Below, one piece after another: positions 57,460-64,000 of a stretch of 64,000 bases of DNA. The position numbers and the translations under genes are program-made. This stretch comes from Cetorhinus maximus (Eukaryota): positions 97,154,001 to 97,218,000 of the forward strand of contig NC_135890.1 in NCBI RefSeq assembly GCF_964194155.1, in the 5' to 3' direction. Below the pieces are notes generated by a model. The model saw nothing but the letters and a program-made list of their open reading frames with translations. It searched no databases and had not been told where the DNA came from. Each line of letters starts with the position of its first letter. The first letter of the stretch is position 1.

Positions 57460-57948
57460 GGCTGGAATTTTGTCAAGCCAACAGGGGTCTCGTCCACTGG
57501 TCAGAGAGCCCTTCAGGCACAATCGGCTGTTGCTGGGCCTTTCCAGCGATTGGGGGCCTTGGCGGCAGAAGACCCACCTGCTGAAAGCTGCCGACTTGTC
57601 ATCGCTACCAGCGCCAGCAGGAGCGGTGGCTCCTGGTGGTACTGCATCCACCCGATGTACAGGATTGTGGAGGCATCCAGGCCACGGGAGTGAAGGCTGG
57701 ATGGGGGTTTTGGGGTTGGCGGGTCAGGGGGGCTGGTGATTAGAGGCAAGCACAGGGGGTGGCTTTCAGTGGCCACCCCCCGAGCCTGATGTCAAGTCTC
57801 TTGGATAACGAGAGCACCACACCCCACACCAGGGTAGGGTTGGAGGGAAGACTCCTGTCACTGGGAGACTGATTCGGGGCTTTTCTCTCAACTAAACCAG
57901 TTTGGCCACCATGACTCCCACCACGAGGCACTGCATAAAATCCAGCTC
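57460..57948. mobile_element. Harbinger-like MITE within the retrocopy
   Basis: TIR GGCTGGAATTTT / AAAATCCAGCTC; TSD ATT at 57457-57459 and 57949-57951. Confidence 0.7.
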
Positions 57949-58751
57949 ATTATGTACAGTCTGTTACTGTAAAGGAAGAAAATGCTATTGGCTTCACCTA
58001 CTTAAAGTCTGTTATACTCTTAATAGAAAACATTGAACAAATCTGTGTGTATAATATTGCATAAAGACAGGGACATTCATTTCACACTCAACTGGCGTCC
58101 ACTAAGAAAGCAAACAAGCTCAGATCAAAATCAAGTGAAGGTTCAAACCTGTACCCAATCCACACAGTTATAACATAACACACCACCATATCAAAAACCA
58201 GGAACAAAATTTGTATTATCCATCAGCAAGGAATCAGTGGGATCATAAATTAGTATTTCCTTTGGCAAAATTAATAAAACAAAAGGGCTGCAAATGGGAA
58301 AACTCCTCTGTTCAAAAAATTAAAAGGTTTCTCAATTTGCCGAATCTGGCACTTTCATTTTGGTGTTGCCACTGGCTGAGCAAGACCTATGCATTAGCAG
58401 TTTGCGATACTATAAGAACAGCTTAAGGAAGCAATTTTAAGTTTTTCAGTTGTAGAGTTAGTAATTGAAAAGAAAACCAAACTTTCATTTTCCTTCTTCC
58501 TTCTCAAAGTGGCACTTACACAAATCTCAGTACTATACATGCAACAAAAATATCAAAATATTAAAGACATGTTAGCTTTCAATTGAATTTGAATACTGTC
58601 CAGAAGATTATGGCAGCAGGTCAATCCAACAGTGTAAAGTCCCTGAGCCAAGACAATGGGGACTAACGCCAAGAAATTAAGAGCTACCCTCTTTACTACT
58701 GAGTGGTTTTCGCTTTGTATGTGTAAATGGCAGCATTGAGTGCAACAGTAC

Positions 58752-59170
58752 CTTTTACCCATTCATGGGATGTGGGCGTCGCTGGCTAGGCCAGCATTTA
58801 TTGCCCATGTGAAATTGGTGGTGAGCTGCCTCCTTGAACCGCTGCAGTCCATGTGGTGTAGATGCATCCACAGTGCTCCAGAAGGGAGCTCCAGGATTTC
58901 GACCCAGAGAAAGTGAAGTCAGGATGGTGAGAGGGGGAACTTCCAAGTAGTAGTGGTCTCATGTGTCTGCTGCCCTTGTCCTTCTAGATGGTAACGGTTG
59001 TGGGTTTCGAAGGTACAGCCTAAGGAGACTTGCAGTGTTCCTGCAGTGCATCTTGTAAATGGTGTACACAGCTGCTACCGTGCATCGGTGGTGGAATGTT
59101 TGTGGATGGGGTGCCAATCAAGCGGGCTGCTTTGCCCTGGATGGTGTCAAGCTTGAGTGTTGTTGGCACT
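58752..59170 (-). mobile_element. Zenon-like LINE 3' fragment inserted into the retrocopy
   Basis: Matches 5130-5560; TSD AGTAC at 58747-58751 and 59171-59175; absent from the parental site near 26220. Confidence 0.85.
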
Positions 59171-59769
59171 AGTACTGGAACTATTGTATGCTGCCATTAA
59201 TTTCTGTCTACCGAGGCAGGGAAGGGGTCAAAATTACTATTAGGGAAGTTCAAATCTGATTTGTCCAAGTCTTGTAAAATTATATCTGAAGTTGAAGGTA
59301 GTTAAAGTTCCATTCGAAATGACATTGCACTGGGAAAAGAATATCGCTAGCTATCTAATGAGAGAATTTCATTCTAACCATTAATTTGATAATTGAGGGG
59401 TGAAAGTGGCTTTAAAAAATATACATTATTGAAATGGAAATGAGGGTTCTAATTCAGATGTCAGTTTGAAGGGGTAGCCTATTCTGAATTTAACTTTATT
59501 ATTCTAAGTTCAATCCAGGTGTAGTCAAGTTTTACAGAGAAAAAGCATGTTATTTTCATCCTGATTCGCAGCATGATGGTCAGGTACTGAGTCGATGTGT
59601 TTGATACAGATTTGCCTGTAAGAATAGATTTCCCTTTTATAATGATGAAGTGTTTCATCTTTTGAACAAAAATTGCACGCACATTTTGAATCATTTCGGA
59701 CAGCAGTCTCAATCCTTGACTTGACCCATCTTCTGCAGAAACACTCCTCCTTGCTTTTTCACTTCCAGC

Positions 59770-60060
59770 TTTGACCATTCCAGTTTTCTCTGGGTTGGCT
59801 TCCCATCCTCCAGTCTTTTTAAACTAGAACTCATCCAAAATTTTGTTGCCCATATCCTAACCCGCACCAAGCCCTGCTCACCCATCACACCTTCAGCTCA
59901 CTGATCCGCATTGCCTCCCAGTCCACCAACACCTCTGATTTAAAATCATTATCGTCTTGTTTTAATGCCTTCAGGGCCTTTCCCTCTCTTAACTCTGTAA
60001 CCTCCTATAGTCCTCCAAAAACCCTGCACTCTGAGAGCTCTGGCCTTTTGAGCATCCCCC
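59770..60060 (+). mobile_element. L2 fragment
   Basis: Similar to 49080-49350 (ctcatccaaaattttgttgcccatatcctaacccgcac). Confidence 0.6.
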
Positions 60061-61082
60061 GCCATTGACTTTTGTACCTTTTTGTTTCATTTTAATTTTA
60101 CCTCTCTTAATCCACAGAAGTCTTAACTTTTGATCTATTTATTTTTCCATTTTCTCTAAGTATATCTATTTTTCATTTTCATTGCTCATTTGAAAGTTTA
60201 CTGTTGCTGAGCAACCACTTTGTTCGTTTACTTTTCTACCAAGTTAATTTTAGCAGTGCTTTTTTGGCCATTTTAGTCCAGTGCCCTTATCTTGCACCCT
60301 TTTCTTTGTTTGTATTCACTTTGAACCTGATCATGTTATGGCCATCATTTCCAAACTATTCTACACTCTCATCAGTTACTTGCCGTGCTTCACTTCCCAG
60401 AACTAAATCAGACAATGCTTCTTTCTTTGGACTAGGAAGCAGGTATTCTAGGAAACAGCCCAGGCTGAATTCTGAGGAGGCATTCTGTACTTAGACTGAA
60501 ATAAATGTATTGTATGTGGTCAATTTTGGGAGTTAAAATGACTTTTTTTTTGTTCTCGTATATCACCTGACTTTTCCTTCTGATCTCACTGTTTGCATGC
60601 TAAGGAATTGTCATTTTCTTAACTGTTCCTCAACTCCATTCATATGGATTTCTCCATTCACATGGATTTTGCACCTAACACAAATCTCCAAAACATCCAT
60701 GTCCTCTAGTTACTAATTTTCCCACAGAATGATTTGAAGGCAAGTTTGCATAATGCTGATTATTTTGCTGGGCTAGATTCCAAATTACAGCATTTAAGAT
60801 GGATAGGGACTGGAACAAATATTCTATTCACCCTTAGAAAGCCCTTACCAACAGCGTGGAAATGCATTTCAGGTGCGGTCGTTCTGCTGAGTTATTCTCT
60901 ATTCCCAGTAAAGGTGAGTCTTCCAGGTGGTCATGTTTGCTGTCCTCCTTCAGGAATGTATCTTTTCTTGAATTGAGAGCAAGGACCTAACGATAACATT
61001 GGACATGGAATTGTAACAGAATTCAGGTACTCTACATATATAGAGTTATGTAGCACTAATAGAAAGTAGAACTGATCTCTGA

Positions 61083-61319
<237 letters not shown>

Positions 61320-62017
61320 TAGAGTTGGCAAAGTTTCACAATTGGCCAGCAAGAGCTTCTAAGATTCATTGGTTGCCTTTGGATTCAACTGTGACAGTGC
61401 AATTGACTGATGAACATTCCTCACCTCAGTATAAGTTTGAATGTGTCAGGTCTGGGGAGCTTTGAATGCTAACTTATTCTTTGTTTCAAAAGAAAGACGA
61501 AGGCGAATGCATACTTCCATTCTGATTTTTTTTTTGGTTAAGCGTCTTGTAGAAAATCTTTCACTTTTTTTTTCCACTCCCCTTCTATATTTTTGTAAAT
61601 CATTTAAATCTATCCATTTGTGAACAAAGTATGATAGTGACTATCTTTCTACAGTAGGAATGATGTCTGGGGTATTATTTTATTAGGTCTTTTCTCCAGA
61701 CATATGCTTTCATTGCTACATTTGTTCTGAAGTGATTTTGGGGGGAATCAGAGTGGATTCATTCAGTGTGGGTTCCCTAGCAATGTAAAAACACTGAACA
61801 TTTTCATTAGGAGTTCAAATAGCTAATGCGATTTCATTAGGGCCTTGAGTTGCCAAGCAACACTGGCTGTATAAAGTCAGACATATTTTATCTATATTTT
61901 TGTGCATTTAGCCTCAGAGTTTTTGTGCAGGCAATTATGAATGATCAAAGGGATGGGATCTAGGTGCCGTAATGTAAATTGGATGTCATGTATCTTTGTT
62001 GGCAGTAAGCAATGTAG

Positions 62018-62221
<204 letters not shown>

Positions 62222-62479
62222 TGAAAGCATTTCAGTCTACTCATTCCCAAAAGGCTAACTTTGGAGATATCTCTATTTATCCTGTAGCACTTAAAATGCA
62301 AATGTGATGCTAGGTAATGAAAACTGCTGCATGTAGAGCTGTTTTTAAAGTCAAGTAATTTATCTTGACTGCATGTATGTACAAAGTTTAGTCTTCTAAA
62401 TCTAAAGCAGGCAAAGGCTTGTCCTACCAAAGACATTGTGTGATTTTAAGATTCAGTTGCTCCTTTATTATGGAAATTG

Positions 62480-62760
62480 GTGAATCATAGGGGTAGCTGT
62501 TCCACAGGCCCAGGTAACCTGCCAGTACCTCAGCCAAATAACTCATTAACATAGAGTTTAGATTGTAAATGCTGACAGGCTTTCATCTGTGGAGTATATC
62601 ACAGTTGAGCCTGATTTTTGTTGTCCAGTTTCCACCTTGTAGAACAGATCACTGGATAATGATCAGGTGAGAAAGCTATGACTGATTTTCCTCCTCCTCC
62701 AAGCCTTAGGACACTGAGGCCAATGTTCCCATTGTTGAAATCAACCAACTCCACCTGTAC
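62480..62760 (-). mobile_element. Old SINE, same family as the one split by the CR1 (41220-41288 plus 45511-45720)
   Basis: cactgaggccaa, gatcactggataatgatcagg and tagattgtaaatgct match the reverse complement of 45550-45715. Confidence 0.5.
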
Positions 62761-62865
62761 TGCAGATTAAATCTGGAATTTGGCTGTCCATTTGGAAAAG
62801 TACCACATGGTATCACACACTCACCCATTGAACTATTGGAAGTATCTAATTTTTTTAAATTGTAA

Positions 62866-63087
<222 letters not shown>

Positions 63088-63817
63088 TAATTATTGCTGT
63101 GTGAACAAGATAAAATAGCTGATGATTGCTTTAAAATGTATGCAACTTGCTAAAGTTTTTAGACAATGGATTTATTGATGATTAGTTTACAGATGCTCAT
63201 TCATCTCCAATGCTCATCCACAAAATGTATTTACATAATTAAAATGCATGAAAAATTATCATTTTCAAGGACATATTAAATTGATACGTTCTATGGGTAA
63301 ACTGCTACAACTAGGTAGAATGTTGTTTCCAATTTCATGTAAGAGGTAATATTAAATCTTACAGTTGGAGCTTGTAAATCTCCTTTTGTGTAGTAGGTGT
63401 TCCTGATGTGTCATAATGCAGAAGTAGGATGCTGATTCATCCGTGACACAATTTTCCACATTTGCTTGCAGTTTATTTGTGAGGGGGCGTGGTAGTGGGG
63501 TGGAAGGATCATGCTATGTTTAGTTGTTTCCAAGGACTGTTCATGACATTTATGGTTAGTCAACTTGTGCATTTCTTCTACACCTGCCAGCAGCTAGCTC
63601 ATGAGTGACACTGGCAAAAGCCTTGGAACAGGTTTTTTTTTTTGCAAAAGCTTAAGGAGGAAGCTGCTTACTTAGTCAGAAAATTGAGTATTAGGCCTAA
63701 TTATTCTTTGATGGAAAATGTTTAAAAATTATGTATAACTAATAGCTCTCATGGCTACCAGAGCTCCATGCCTTCTGCAACATTTTTTTTTCTTTAAATT
63801 AGCTTTGATAGAAATTA

Positions 63818-64000
63818 AAACAAAGTGCTGGAAATACTTATCAGATCAAGCAACAAACATGAGGGATAGAAACTGTTCTGACGAAAAATTATCAGCCTGA
63901 AATATTAACTGTTTTTCTCTCCACACTGCCGCCTGACCCAGCTGTGTGTTTCCAACATTTTCGGTTTTTGTTTCAGATTTCCAGCATCTGCAATATTTTG
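63818..64000. mobile_element. Older Penelope-like palindromic copy, running off the window edge
   Basis: CTGACGA...GAAA core and the cagatttccagcatctgca end shared with 14020-14140. Confidence 0.65.

Larger units (their letters stand above)
56221..59630 (-). pseudogene. Semi-processed antisense retrocopy of ATP2A2 pre-mRNA (end of exon 6 + exon 7 + 5' part of intron 7) inside intron 15
   Basis: Reverse complement aligns collinearly to 25770-~28665; 59616-59630 matches the last 15 nt of exon 6 (22968-22982) rather than intron 6. Confidence 0.88.

Noticed and set aside
59536-59615. Exon 7 copy as an alternative (mutually exclusive) exon
   Set aside because: It is antisense to the gene, lies after exon 15 and carries indels
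60633-60670. 18-bp tandem duplication ctccattca(t/c)atggattt
   Set aside because: Two units only; ordinary slippage

Overview
Vertebrate genomic DNA; the repeat families point to a cartilaginous fish (inference). The whole window lies inside one + strand gene, ATP2A2 (SERCA2 Ca2+-ATPase). It contains 13 GT-AG exons equivalent to human exons 6-18; exon 5 and exon 19 onward lie outside the window. The introns carry CR1 LINEs (one nearly intact), a second CR1/Zenon-like LINE family, L2, a Vingi-like LINE, tRNA-derived SINEs, Harbinger-like MITEs and Penelope-like palindromes with hammerhead-like cores. Main discovery: intron 15 holds a ~3.4 kb antisense copy (about 56221-59630) of the gene's own partially spliced pre-mRNA. 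In it, the last 15 nt of exon 6 are joined directly to exon 7 (intron 6 removed), followed by unspliced intron 7 ending at the tail of an intronic CR1. This self-retrocopy creates a long inverted repeat around exons 8-15. It includes a 386-bp block with only 3 mismatches amid much more diverged sequence, suggesting gene conversion or selection for RNA pairing. All alignments were done by eye.
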